Shown: one piece after another, positions 23,401-36,950 of the stretch
Position numbering within the stretch: position 1 is the stretch's first letter
How the letters are laid out: each line of letters begins with the position of its first letter
Assembly: GCA_951406725.2 (NCBI GenBank)
Contig: OX597820.1
Location: 54,932,001-54,996,000 of the forward strand
Origin: Octopus vulgaris
Taxonomy: Eukaryota
DNA length: 64,000 nucleotides
Reading direction: 5' to 3'
Position numbers and translations under genes: made by a program
Notes under the pieces: generated by a model
What the model was told of the DNA's origin: nothing
What the model saw: only the letters and a program-made list of their open reading frames with translations
The model's database searches: none

Positions 23401-24646
23401 ACTAATCATTATCTCTCTCTTTCTGTCTCTCTCTCTCTCTCTCTCTCACATACACTACTACTACTACAATCCTATTTTAAACTCATTTCATCTTCTGCAA
23501 TTAGCGTGACCTTCCCCCACCCCAACTTCACCCAGCCTCTGAAACAATAAACATAAGGTACCTCTTTACTACCCCTCCTTTATCCCATAAACCCTTCTCT
23601 CTGTACCTCTTTCATAAAGGATCATTGAATACAGTGCTTCATTAGACAGCCAGGTGTTCTTTTAACTCAGTAATGCAATTAAAAACAGTTAATTAAGCTG
23701 CGGGGTGATGGAGATGGAGAAGCATTGGGGTTCATATAGTAGGGATGAGGATAGCAGTGATATAGTAGTAACTGTTGCTTGTAGTAATGACGTAAGTGTG
23801 GTGGTGGTTGTCGTGGAAGTAGGGTGGTGTTTGTTTGTTTAAATTAGCAGTGATTAATTAACCAGCGAGCAGGCACAGACTTCAGTGCATGTTTACAACT
23901 GTAATTAAGAGATGAGTGAGTAAAGGGGAAAAATCACAGGTGGTGATGATGCCACTACTGTTGGTTGTTATTGTTATACCTCATGTAAGCTCTTAGTATG
24001 CAGGACTTTTTTCAGACATTCCTGCCATTATCATCTCATTTATATTTATACGCAGACAGCTATGTTTTTTTTTTTCTTTTATTAGTTAATAGGGTGTAAT
24101 TTAAGGGAGATTTGATTACTATTTCTAGTAGGGCAAGTGACCACATAGAGGTTTCTTCATTGGCTCATAGTGGTTAATGTTTGTTGCTATGGTGTTGGCG
24201 GCAAGTGGTTTCCATGGATAAGTATATGTTGACAAAAGAGAGAGAGAACATTGATGTGAGTGACTGTAGTGGGGGCAGAAGAGTTACTATTCTACTTGGT
24301 TGTTGTTCTTGTTTTTGCCTTCCTGAAATCAGCCCTTATCCAGCAGACTTTTTTTTTCCAAGGCATAATATAGCTGTGGATGTGAGTTGCTATTGTCTGC
24401 AGGTTGAACCTTGTCTTGTGGTGAAGTTTTTTAGTTCTATTATATAGCCCTTGGTTGGGTCTGATTGAGCAGACCCATGATCAGAGGCATGTAACTGCTT
24501 ATCTTTTTCCTATGTGCAAAGAATCCAGGGCCATGTGGGGGTGTAATTTGGGGAGACTTAGCTGCTGTTTGTAGCAGGTGAAGTTGTCACATTGAGACTC
24601 CATCTTCGCCTCTAGCCAAGTGACCTGGTGTGATTTAAGGAGCCAT

Positions 24647-24701
24647 TGTTCTATATAAACCTACCTCTGTCTAGTAGACGGAGGTGGGTTTATATAGAAC
24701 A
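24647..24701. repeat. 55-bp near-perfect hairpin
   Basis: tgttctatataaacctacctctgtcta-g-tagacggaggtgggtttatatagaaca: 27-bp arms with two T:G pairs. Confidence 0.9.
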
Positions 24702-25909
24702 TACACTCTGATCTGCAATAGTTTATCATTTAGAGTATTATGTGTCAACCTAAGTATTCCATAGCTTTCTTTTACATTATTTTTGCATGCCAATAGCAGG
24801 CACATGCTGCCAGTAATTACTCAGGGTAGGTAGTTGGTGACATTTATGTAGTAAAATAAACAAAAAAATAAACGAAACATAGGCAACTGAGTTGTAGGCA
24901 GATTTACTTCTGCCTTTATAACATGTAAAGAAAACGTTGTTGTACGAATGTACGCAGCAAGTGTACTGCAGTAGTCCTATGTGTAGCTTTAATACTGAGA
25001 TTGAAAGGCAGGCGCAAATTATGTCTACCTAATTTACAAAGAAATAAAATATTTTGTATTTTATGCAGGGTAATCAGAGTAACCTTCATAATTTTATTGA
25101 ATTAGGTGCATATTTTGCCATAAAAGGAAAAATGTTACTATTGATCTATCTTATTCAGGGTAGGCACTGCCTACCTTGCCTACCCAGGCGGCACATCCCT
25201 AGCCAATAGGTTTTAAAATGATCACAGATAGATCAAGTGAGTAAGCTAGACTAAATTGGAGCATAACTATAATTGTTCTTTTGTACTTATAGTATATACA
25301 TATACATACACATATGCACACACATGCATATATATTGAGTGAAGGTGCGTGGCTTGTGATTAGGATGTTGAACTTACAATCGCAAGATCATTTTCTTGAT
25401 TTGCCACAGTGCATTGTGTTCTGGAGAAAAAACACTTCATTTCACATTGCTTCAGTCCACTCAGTTGCAAATGGGCAAAGCTATGACAAACTAGTGTCCC
25501 ATTCAAAGGAAGTGTTGGCCTGCTTGCCTAGCCAGTAGGGTAGTATCATTTGAAAGCTACAACCTATGCAAGGAAACACATTGTGACCAGCAGTGCAGAA
25601 CAACATCCAGTGATCTGATCAATATAGTGATATATACTAATAATATATACATCCCCACACTTTGTTTGGGGTTAGTATATATATTGCTTCTACTGCTATC
25701 TTTGTGATCTGTGTTTGTCTTTTTTAAGTGGTCTTAATTGAGTGAGGGATAATTGGTGTTGGTGGTGGTAGCATTAGTGATGGTGACAATGTTGGTGGTT
25801 GTGACAGTTGTTTTGTTGTTCTTACCCCAGGTTAGCCTTGATTGAACAGATCAATACCCAGGATCACATTGTCTGTATTAGAATACCCAAGACTACATTG
25901 TCCATTGTG

Positions 25910-26209
25910 TCCTTCCCTTTTTGTGGTATGGTGTTATTTTGGGGGAGATTTAGCAACTATTTCTAGCAGGATGTGTGACCACATAGAAACTCTTTCGTTT
26001 GCTCATTGAGAGATGTTTTCATGACGGTAGAGGTGGTGGCAGTAGCAGCTGTGGCAATGAGTGGGCCTTCCTTTTTTAAGATGGTATGGTGTTATTTTGG
26101 GGGAAATTTGGCTACTATTTCTAGCAGAATGTGTGACCACATAGAAGCTCCTTCATGTAGAGATGTTTTGATGATGGAGGTGGTGGCAGTGGCGGCAATG
26201 ACAATGAGT
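25910..26209. repeat. Older tandem duplication (about 150 bp x2) of an interspersed repeat fragment
   Basis: ggtatggtgttattttggggga..ctatttctagcag.atgtgtgaccacatagaa..ggtggtggcagt..caatgagt occurs twice. Confidence 0.85.
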
Positions 26210-26870
26210 AGTTTTTGTGTTGTATAATGTTTCATGTGGAAGGAGTTGAATGTTGGATGTCAGTCTATGATGGATGATGCTTTGGTGAGTGGAAGGAGAT
26301 AGTATGAGGATGAAAGATTAGTCTTCTGGACCTATTATATGCCCTAAGGTACTACTTGGGTGTAATTTAACTATGTTTTCCTACAAATTCCCCTGTCTAT
26401 CACTGCCTCAGCTATCCCCAACATCAATTTTCAGAGCACTAACGCGTTGATGCAAGCTGTTCACTTTCACATTCTGTGTGTGTGAGAGAGAGTAAGAGAG
26501 AATTAAAAGTAGGGAGATATTGTTAATATTCAAGACCTAAAGGCTGTAAGAGGCCTTAAACACATCACTCTGAGTTGACAAAGTACTTAGGGGTGTTTTA
26601 TAGTATTTCTCTAGCTGCTTGTATTATCTCTCCTGTGGTACCTGCATATAACTGGATACACTGGACTGTTGACATCTTAAGTATCTCATTAATGGAGATA
26701 ATACAGTACTGATGACAAGATGGAAATTAAGTGTTATGTTCAGATGTGAGAGAGTGAAGATGGTTGGAGTAGAGGTAAGGGAATCAGAAACAGATCAAAC
26801 AAAACAGGAATGAAGTGTGGCAGTCATGCTTATTTGAGTGAGGTCTCACTTTCTCAACTCTATTATCTTC

Positions 26871-27205
26871 TACTCAACTTCGCTATCCTCTACTCAACTT
26901 TGCTATCCTCTACTCAACTTCGCTATCCTCTACTCAACTTCGCTATCCTCTACTCAACTTCGCTATCCTCCACTCAACTTTGCTATCCTCCACTCGACTT
27001 TGCTATCCTCCACTCGACTTTGCTATCCTCCACTCGACTTTGCTATCCTCCACTCCACTATCCTCCACTCCACTTCGCTATCCTCCACTCCACTTCGCTA
27101 TCCTCCACTCAACTTCGCTATCCTCCACTCAACTTCGCTATCCTCCACTCAACTTCGCTATCCTCCACTCAACTTCGCTATCCTCCACTCAACTTTGCTA
27201 TCCTC
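26871..27205. repeat. 20-bp minisatellite, about 17 units
   Basis: Unit (c/t)actc(a/g/c)actt(c/t)gctatcctc, with one 15-bp deleted unit at 27051. Degenerate pentamer flanks extend to about 27470. Confidence 0.95.
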
Positions 27206-28259
27206 CACTCACCTCCACTACCTTTCACTCGACTTCATTACCCTCTGCCATCCTCTGTTCATCTCTCTTGCATTCTGTTCATCTCAACTACCCTCTACTC
27301 AATTCCATTGTTCTCTCTTTCACTCAGCAATCTCTCCTCAACTCTACACCCCTTAACTCAATAACCCTCCACTCAACTCAACAATCCTCTACTTACTTTG
27401 TCAGCATTCTGCTTAAACCAGTAATCCTCTACTCAACTCCAACTTATCATCCTCACTCATCAACTTAATCAAAGCCATGCAAATGTTATATCTACAATTC
27501 AGAAATAAAACACAGTTAAACTATGTGCAAAAAATGAAACCTGTTTGAAGCAACTGCATAGATGATAAGCATTTGATAAATGGATCGTATATTAGCACTA
27601 TGTCAACTGTGCTACATTTCTAAAGTTTAAAAATAAGACAGAGAATAGTATTAAAAAAAAAAGCATAAGGTTCTCAAATTATCTTAATTTCAGTATTTTT
27701 TTATGTCATAAATATATTTACAGACAGTGAACATTGATAAATTAGCAGCGATATTAGTTGAAACTATAATTTTTCCTTTATTATTTCTAGTTGACTTTTT
27801 ACTGTTCCCTGTATGAAATATGTTAGCACTAAATTGGTTATCTTTCATTTAGATGTCATCACTGAATTATTTATTCTCTAAGCAATTCTATTTTACTCCC
27901 ATCCAATACACAATCACTTACTGATTCACTCATCTCTATTTTGGAAAAATATGATTGAAGGCTATATTTCATTAATGAGGTCAGAATAAGACCAAATCAT
28001 ATCTAGAGTTGTCTCCCCTCCTTGCTCCCCCAAAATGGCTCATGTCGTTAATGACATTCGTCATTGACATATATTTGGGTTTTATCCCTTTCCACATAAT
28101 ATTGTTCTAGTTATTGTTTTACTACTCTCATAAAATATGTTAAAACTAGCTTTTCATGCTGATAGGGTCACTGAATTAAGTAATCTCTGTCAAAAGCTCT
28201 GAGCTAACTTTTGCCCATGTCCACTTTTGCCTCAAGTATTCTCTTGCCAAGTCGAAGAT

Positions 28260-28676
28260 TACTCTTTACTCTTACTCTTTTTACTCTTTTACTTGTTTCA
28301 GTCATTTGACTGCAGCCATGCTGGAGCACTGCCTTTAGTCGAGCAAATCGACCCCAGGACTTATTCTTTGGAAGCCTAGTACTTATTCTATCGCTCTCTT
28401 TTGGCGAACCGCTAAGTTACGGGGATGTAAACACACCAGCATCGGTTGTCAAGCAATGTTGGGGGACAAACACAGACACACAAGCATATACACAAACACA
28501 TATATATACATATATACGGCGGGCTTCTTTCAGTTTCCGTCTACCAAATCCACTCACAAGGCTTTGGTCGGCCCGAGGCTATAGTAGTAGACATTTGCCC
28601 AAAGTGCCACGCAGTGGGAATGAACCCGGAACCATGTGGTTGGTAAGCAAGCTACTTACCACACAGCCACTCCTGT
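28260..28676 (-). mobile_element. SINE family A, full length
   Basis: Reverse complement of 733-1143 with (TACTCTT)n tail. Confidence 0.85.
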
Positions 28677-29236
28677 GTAATATTTAGTGAAACTGTGCTG
28701 CTTAAACCTTAATTTCTTACTTTTGCTCATTTTGGGACAATAAAATTCCTACACCAAAAAAAGGAATGTAATAATTTTGAAAAATCATTATTAAATTGAT
28801 TTAAAATCTTTTCAACCATACAAAGATACAGTGATGGCTGTGTGATTAAGAAACTATCTTTGCAACCACATGGTTTCAGGTTCAATCCCACACCTTGGGC
28901 AAGTGTCATTGGTTGATCAATGCCTTGTGAGTGAATTTGGTATACAGAAATTGTGTGGATGCCCATTGTGTGTGTGCATGCTCACACATGTGCATGTTTG
29001 TCCTCCACCATCACTTAGTGGTTGGTGTTGGTTTGTTTACATCCTTGTAACTTCATAAGTACCAGACTTAAAAATAAGCACTGGGAGTTGATTTGTTTCA
29101 CTGAACTCTTCAAGACAGTATCCCGCCATGGCTTCAGCCCAATGGATGAAACAGGTAATAACAGATAAAAGATCTTTTTGTTTATACTTTTCTCATTTTC
29201 ATTGTTCTCCCCTTTTTTCATTTTAATTTTTAACAG

Positions 29237-29341
29237 AACCCCCTTGGGTCGTGCACGAGCATGGTTGAGGTTGGCTCTCATGCAGAAAACTTTGGCTGAT
29301 TATTTTAAGTTAATCATAGAAAAGAAAGATGATGTATTAAG
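29237..29341 (+). CDS. RUFY2: RUFY coding exon C (RUN domain)
   Basis: taacag|A acceptor and AG|gtaagt donor (phase 2/2). [34 protein letters not shown] contains the hallmark RUN motif [12 protein letters not shown]. Not in the supplied ORF track. Confidence 0.96.
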
Positions 29342-29565
29342 GTAAGTGTTTCTGAAATTCTTTCTCCAGTTCTTCATTTGTATAATTTTGACTTGTAACA
29401 CCATTATTGTGAGTCACTTTTATGTCTTGAAATTTGGAGATTAAGATTCTATGGTCCCTGAATATTTTTCAAGAGGATCCATAAATAGTGCTAGTTGTAG
29501 CATAACCATAGTTAACACTGAATGAGCTGAGCAGGAGTACCATAGTAGCTGATCAAGCTGTTTAA

Positions 29566-29779
29566 CTCCTTAGCATTCAGATTACTCTGTGAAAATGTAA
29601 CGCTTATTTATTCATTGTTTTGAATTATTCATGCATTATCTTGTAGCCTCATGATTTTGGGGATGTGAATGTTTATTCTTAAAATGACAATGTAGGGTAG
29701 GTGAGAGGCTGTATCTGGCTGGTTTCAACATACAGGTAGAATATTTGGGCTGGATATGGCTGGTTTGAATGCTGAAAGG
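29566..29779. mobile_element. piggyBac-type MITE (family P2)
   Basis: TTAA|CTCCTTAGCATTC ... GAATGCTGAAAGG|TTAA. Confidence 0.75.
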
Positions 29780-31401
29780 TTAAGGATGTCTGGCAAAATG
29801 CTTCACCATAGTCAGATAACGTAAATGTTTTTAATTCTGTACTTAAATGATTTTTTGGTTTCTTTTTTAGCTTTTAAATTCATTTTTCTTCATTTCCTTG
29901 TTTAGGTTAGTTCTGAAAATTAGCATATTTAGATATAAGCTCTTCGAGAACCAAATTATTAATTATTGGTTTCTATCTTAATTGTGTATTTTTGGCTAAG
30001 ATAGACTGTTAGATACACTTACTACCAAATCCACTCAGCTGCAAAATTGTACCATTTAAAGGCACAATTGCTTGTAAGTAGCAAGAGCATATAATAATTG
30101 ACGAATTATTTAAGTAAGTTTGTTGTATTGAGCTTAAATTTTCACTCAGACAAACAACCTAGACCTCTTATAAGATGACTAAGCTTATATATCAATCTAT
30201 TACTTTTGTGCAAGAAAGAAGACTGAAATTATCATTTTAAGAAAAACAACAGTTTGAGACAGTATATAATTTGAAGGAATGAAATGATAGGTTCTCTGTT
30301 GCGTAGAAGGTAATTTGGTTGCCTGGTACTCAAAAGATATGTGGTTCAAGTCATGTCAATGGGCTTGTTTCTTCTTTCTGTCTCAAATTGTTGGTTATAA
30401 TGTCTCCTATCATTAGAATAAAAAATTTAAACAGCTAATTCACAACATATATAGTTTCCTTTGTCTTTTGCTTCAGATATTTTAAAACTGAAATTTTAGC
30501 AATAGCTCCTTTATCTTATAAAAAGTGTTTCCCCTTCTCCAATGTCAAAGTATCAATAATCTTCTGTAAAGAGTTATCCTAACTATAGGTAGTGAGATCA
30601 CAGAAGTATTTTTGGAGTTCCACTTATCATTGCTCTTACTTCTAGTACACTTTTGTGACATATACCATCATGCAAGTGGTGTTTTTTGTTTCCAATATTT
30701 TAAGAAAATATGTCTGGTTATGGGGAAATGTTACTTTACATGGAAACAGCTGTGGATTGGAGACTGGAAAAGTTTCTGGCCATATAATATCCACCTCAAT
30801 AAGTTTCATCTAACTCATGCGAGCATGGAAAAGTGGACGTTAAAACAACGATGATAATGATGTTGATGTTGACAACGACGACAATATATATATATATTTG
30901 TATAGGCACAGATTTGGTTGTGTAGTCGAACCATTTGATCATGGTATCAGTCCTCCTACATGGCATTTTAGGCAAGTGTCTTCTACTATAGCCCTAGCTT
31001 GACAAAATGTCTTATGAGTGGATTTGGAAATGGAAGTTGAAAGAAGCCATCAAACGTGTGTGTGTGTGTACTCTTCGCTTGACATCACATGGTTGTAAAT
31101 AAGCATTATGATCATACTGGTAATGTTGTTTGTTTCCAGCCTTGCATGAAAAACATGTCTGGTCATGGGAAATAATATCTTGCATGAAAACAAGTGTTGC
31201 TGACAGGAAGGGCCTCAGCAAATACTGTTTGATCCATGCAAGCATAGAAAAGTGGACAATAAAAGGTGATAATGAAGATCACACATGCACGCATAAAGTG
31301 CATTGCCATATCCAACTGTTGTTAGTCCCGTAAACAGACTCCAACAATGATTATATGGAAACAGATCATTTCATGCAACTTTGTTTTTTTTTCTGTTTCA
31401 G

Positions 31402-31525
31402 TGAGTTTTATGAACGTGGTGCCATAATGGTGGAAGACGAAGGTATTGTGATAACTGGATTGCTTGTTGGTCTTAATGTCATTGACTGCAACTTGTGCAT
31501 CAAGGAAGAAGACCTGGATCAGCCT
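31402..31525 (+). CDS. RUFY2: RUFY coding exon D (end of RUN domain)
   Basis: tttcag|T acceptor and CCT|gtgagt donor (phase 2/0). (S)[41 protein letters not shown]. Confidence 0.96.
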
Positions 31526-32847
31526 GTGAGTGCAGCTGTTGAATCTACTTTTATTCATTTTATTTTTCTGTTCCTTCTTTCTTTGTTTTTGGCTTTAACA
31601 GCTTTTGAATGATGTAGTGTACAAGATATATTATGTAAAACAATTAAGAATTATTAATGACTTGTAGGGACACTGTATTCGGTTACCCCAACACTCCAGC
31701 CTAGAAAAGAAGCAAAGTTACAGAAGTATCAAGGGCAACTTAAAACCAGCAAGACCTGGGGGAAGTACCTTTCTTCGTGGAAACATATCAGGTGTGATAT
31801 TGAGGTAGAGCTGAAAAAACAGGGACCCAACTGGAAAGATGCAGAAAATGCAAGCCCAAGTCAAGAACAATAATTAAAAGTCATTGATGACTTATGCTCC
31901 ATAGGAGTGAAGGGCTTAAGTGATAATACAAGAGTCATGACCAGGGACATTGATTTAATTGTTGACCCTGTTAGCTTTTCATAATCTCTGTGGCACGATA
32001 CAAATAGGTATGAGTGGTAGGATGATGTGGTCTTAATGCTGGGTCTGTATTGGACAGGCAGGATTTAATGATCTGTGAAGACTTCAGAATCATCCTGGAG
32101 CTTTATGTGCCTTATTGTAGGTGTAGGTAGAATTAAAAGCAGTGTTGGAATCTCGTGTCAGTTTTACAATGTTAGTACTACTTACAGCTACTACTTGTAG
32201 CTTGACAGAATGGTGTTGTTCTTGAACCCAGACATATTGCAACTCTGGTTATAGTATATGAAATACTAACCTATCAACTAGTCTTCTGATGTCCTAAAAA
32301 TTCAGACATCTGAACTTCTTTCATTAGCAAAAAAAAAAAAAAAAAAAAAAAATCCTCAGATTTTACAGAGAAGAGAAATGAAGAAAACTATGATGTTCAT
32401 GCCCAAGAGTATTGGGACTGAAAAATGTAGTGATAAACATGGAATCAAAACCGAGTTGCTTATATTTGGTTTGTCAAGTATTAAAAGCACTACATACCTC
32501 AAGGAAAATATTACTCACTCTGTTTTTTTCTGTTATGACACTGGATACTATTCCACTTTGTAACAATACAATGTTTAATGAGCATACACTGGTTTTACTC
32601 TATTTTCCCCTCTATTAAAATATGCACTACCCTGTGTAGTGCATATTTTAATAATGGTGTAGATTACTTTCTAATCTGCACCATTAAAACATTCACTTTC
32701 TCATTTCTAACCTAGCATTAAACCACACACTCTCCTATTTCTAACCTACAGCATGCAAATGCCATTCAAGTTAACCAGTGTTTAAAACACTTTTTTAAAG
32801 AAAAACCTCTTACAAAACCTCATTCATTGTGCTTCCTCTATTTTCAG

Positions 32848-32918
32848 ATGGGTGTTATAGATTTCAGCCTTTATTTGAGAGACAACAAAGTCCCAATGGA
32901 TACTCCTGACTCTGATAG
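32848..32918 (+). CDS. RUFY2: RUFY coding exon E
   Basis: ttttcag|ATG acceptor and AG|gtaact donor (phase 0/2). MGVIDFSLYLRDNKVPMDTPDSD matches the RUFY GVIDFSxYL motif. Confidence 0.93.
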
Positions 32919-34181
32919 GTAACTACTTTCTTTTGTTAGTATTAGAAAGAAAATGCAAAATCTTCATGCATATTTTTTAAGGGTATATATTTTGTTTATT
33001 GTGATGCGCAAATGACACTAATGAGACTCAATACTTTTGGTTGTTGTTGTTGTTATTGTTTATCCCCTGATCCATCCTGGTTGGACAAACCTATAATCAT
33101 CTTGACTGTGAATATCAATTTATTTTTTAAATTATACATTTATTTATTTTTACATCAAGTACTTCATTTGCTAATGGCTCCTTTTTTAAAGACAATAGTG
33201 TGTGACCTAAGAGGAGATTGGCTGTCAGTTCTGATACTTAGAGTAACTACATGCAACATTTTATTAGACTATATTAGAATGGTCACAGTGGGTGTGCCTT
33301 TGATCATAGACCTGCTTGATTTGGGCTGGCCTGCATTTAAAACAACATTACAGCCCACCTTTGGTAATAGGGAACAATATACTGACCCCTCTTTCCAACC
33401 ATCCAATGCCTTATTTATTCTCCATAGCAATAATATTAGCTGTTGGTTGTGGAGGAAAGTGATGTCTCCTTGTTTGACACTCTTCTTGGCTGCAGTTTTT
33501 CTGGGTGGTTAAAGCAGAGTTATATCATATTTGCCTCCCTGTAAAGTTTGATGTATTGTGCTTCAATTCTTTTATCTCCAGAGACTTTAGTGCTGCATTT
33601 ACCTCAATATTAATCCACTAATCCAATTAAAATCATATCCAACTTGTTCAGAAGGTCAAGGCCATTATTACTGAGGGGTGTAGATAATGAGATTAACCCA
33701 CAAAATCAAAGCACTCAGTTTGAATTATTGCAATTGTCTGGTAAAAAGGGTAAGTTATTTTGTAAACATGATGTTACCTGTTTTAGTAATTCTCTGGAGA
33801 TTCATAAAATATCCTCACCTATTATGGCATTCCTTAGTAACTACTGGACATTTGTCACATGATAAACATACTTGAATTGTTGTGGGTCTTTTTCTTTCTT
33901 CCTCACTTTCTTTCTGTACTCGCATTGATGTAATTCTATTGGGTTTTGTGTATGTATCTTAGAACTTTAGTATGTGTGTGGAGTTCACAAAATCCAGCTG
34001 ATGTGAATAACCCTTCTGTGAGTCTGACTGTACCAAATGTTGCAAATCCTATATGTCTGATCTTCAATTTGACCATTTTCCATACTAACCGAAATTCTAT
34101 GCATCCAATAACCTTTTAGGGTTGTGAGTCTCTTGTACATTTTATTAATTATATTAAAAGTTGTCTGTTTCTGTTTTCCAG

Positions 34182-34256
34182 TGCTGAAGGAAAATCAAAG
34201 ATGGCTACCATTCTTGACCAGAAGAACTATCTGGAGGAGCTGAATCGACATTTGAA
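34182..34256 (+). CDS. RUFY2: RUFY coding exon F (start of coiled coil)
   Basis: ttccag|T acceptor and AA|gtaaaa donor (phase 2/2). (S)AEGKSKMATILDQKNYLEELNRHL(N) carries the conserved LDQKNYxEELNR motif. Confidence 0.95.
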
Positions 34257-35195
34257 GTAAAAAAACCTTGAATGCTTTCGTTTCCTTTTTATCTGCACTA
34301 GTCTTTATACATTAGTAACTTGTAAATCAATACATTGGTTCAAGATTACATTAGCAATTGATTTATTGGTCATGATGCTATATTAATGGCTTGGTATATT
34401 GGCACATTAATAGCAAATTCAATGTTGGTACATTGATACAGTTGTTGATTTGTTGCTGGTACCTTATTGGTACATTGGTAGCTGGTTCTGTGTTGATGTA
34501 CCAGAGTGATATTTAAAAATGTTTGAGAAGCTCTGCTGTAATGATTCAACCTCTCTCTCCTGTTGCCTTCTCCAGGTTCAGAATAAAAGACAAATATGAT
34601 GGTACAAAACTATCTGTAAATAGTCATTATAAAAGACTTTTTTGGCTGCTCTCTTACTGTTTGCTTTACTTCTTTCTGTTTTTGCTCCATTCTATACTCA
34701 GTTCCTGGCATCAATTTTTAATCCTCTCCATAATCCACCCCATATTTCACTTTTTACTACAATGCAAACACTCCTCTCTCTCTCTCTCTCTCTCTTTCCT
34801 TTTTTCTTTTTGTTTTTCCTCTTCTTTCTTTTAAAATTCTTTTAATCCTCTTAATCTTTTTACCTCCCTTCCATGATAATACTAATAATAGTGTGTCTGC
34901 TTATCAAAAATTTCTTGATGATTACACAAAAGGAAGGTTTATTTTCCTTGATACACTGTTATAGATATTTTAACAGAAGGGCCTCTTTCCTGCTGCTAAC
35001 AACTGAACTGTAAAATTATATGGGCATTTAAAAAAAAAATTTGTCGGCAAGGCAATCTTGGACAAGCAGAGTGATGTGCCTTGGCCTTACTTAGCTTGTA
35101 TCACATGGAATCTGCAATATGTTATGGCTAGAATATTGAACATTGAAACCATTTTTTGTTATACATTACTTTACTATGTTCTATTTTCTTTTCAG

Positions 35196-35367
35196 CGCCA
35201 CAGTAACCAATCTACAGCAGAAACTGGAGAGTGTGCAGACCACAAATGCTCTTATGAAGGAAGATTTAGCAATAACCAAAAACACCATATTAACTCTACA
35301 AGAAGAAAATAGTACAATTAAAAAAGAAAAGGAAATTCTTTTAAATGATCACAAACGAAAACTTGAG
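35196..35367 (+). CDS. RUFY2: RUFY coding exon G (coiled coil)
   Basis: tttcag|C acceptor and GAG|gtaagt donor (phase 2/0). ATVTNLQQKLESVQTTNALMKEDLAITKNTILTLQEENSTIKKEKEILLNDHKRKLE. Confidence 0.93.
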
Positions 35368-36029
35368 GTAAGTTAACTCCTCTTTTTCTGTTTTTAGGAG
35401 TTGGTTTGCCAATGTCTGTGTGTCTTTCTGACTGTTGTCTCTTATAATTGTTGTGCTCTTGCTCTCTCTCTCTCATTCTTTCTCCATCTCTGTCACTCTC
35501 CTTTTTTTATTTCTCTCTGTTGTCACCTTGTTGTCAAGTCACTGTTGTAACAAAGTATTGTAAGCTTTGAAGCTAGAGCACACACCAGTCCATAGTCTGG
35601 TGTGTTTATACGGGTGAGTGGTGAAGAAGTTCACTTTGCAATCGCAAGGACCCAGGTTCGAGCCCACAGTATGGCATTTGGGCAAGTGTCTTCTATCATA
35701 ACCTCAGGTTGACCCAAGTCTTCTGAGTAAAAAATTGGGTTCACAAAAAATGTGATATTTCCACGTTCTTGGAACAAATTTTTTTCATGCACTCTAAACT
35801 TACAGTCCTTGCAAACCTGTACGAAACCACAACAGTATGGAAAACTAATTATGTTAACGATATGTTAGGTTTTGTATTTACATTGAAACTATTAAGGTTT
35901 TTAAAAAAAAAATGAAAAGTTGTCATTTTTATGTTACTGTTATTCATAATAACTTCAAAAATAGGGATAGATACATTAATGGACATAGACAGAGAATACA
36001 ACAGGATAATTGAACTTAGACTAGTGATA

Positions 36030-36950
36030 GAGGACCTGACAGCAGTGGTAGTTTTTCCCTATGTTCTATTGTCAGGATTGACAGAGAAGCAAAAGAACTT
36101 TTTATAAGTCCCTCTGACAGGCCACTTTGCAAACAGACAAAAATGACTTCAGCATTATGATTGGTGACTTTAATTGGCATGCTGGAACAACAGGATGGAT
36201 ACTCTGATATGGCCACAGTACAATATATGAAGAAGGATCAAGATGCAGGTCATCTAATCATTTGTAACATAAACAGAAAGTTGGTGAGCCATCCAATCAC
36301 CAAATACTTTGACAAATATGCTCACCAGATAGACGTAGTCATCAGGAAATGGCACAGGCAACTGATTGTGAATGCTGAGTCTTTCTCCTGTGCAAAATGC
36401 ACTACTCAACATAGATTAGTAATTAGTGAATTTTGGATAAGAGCTTGAATGTCTCAAGTAGAAGACAAACTGGAGAAGGAAGGTATGTCAGCTGAAACAT
36501 CCTACTGTCATCCATAATTCCCAAAATGTATTTTACAGTGTCTGCAATTAGAGGAAGAGGAGATAGCAAATGGCATAGAGGACAATTGAGCATTGCTGTG
36601 AAATTCAGATCAGGTTTGTGATTGGAACAAGATCCCATTCCTAGGAAAACAGAGGGTGACATGACTGTGGAATCATACAGGAGCTAGAACTATAAAAGTT
36701 GTGTGCCTTGAAAGAGTGGAGGAAGGAACACTACTGAGAAGTTAGAAGAGAAACTAGACATCTATATAGATAGTTAGCAAAGGAAGAAACAAATAGTAAG
36801 AGGTTTGCTAATGCTCTATATTGTGCAGATCAAACACTTCAGTTTCAGATTGTGAGGTAGTGTCAGGATAAATAAATTAGGTTATTGTTGGTGAAAAACG
36901 CATACAGAATTATAGTGGTGTATACACACCCTTATGGACACTGAAAAAGA
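36030..36950 (+). mobile_element. Degenerate RTE-clade LINE fragment (APE endonuclease region)
   Basis: Motifs IGDFNWHAG, LIICN..RK..SHPIT, HQID..RK and CTTQHRLVISEF across frameshifts. Confidence 0.7.

Noticed and set aside
26810-27468. Three long overlapping ORFs (162-184 aa) with a repeated 20-aa motif, and a superficially CRISPR-like repeat
   Set aside because: A stop-free 20-bp tandem unit opens all frames. There are no spacers and no splice context.
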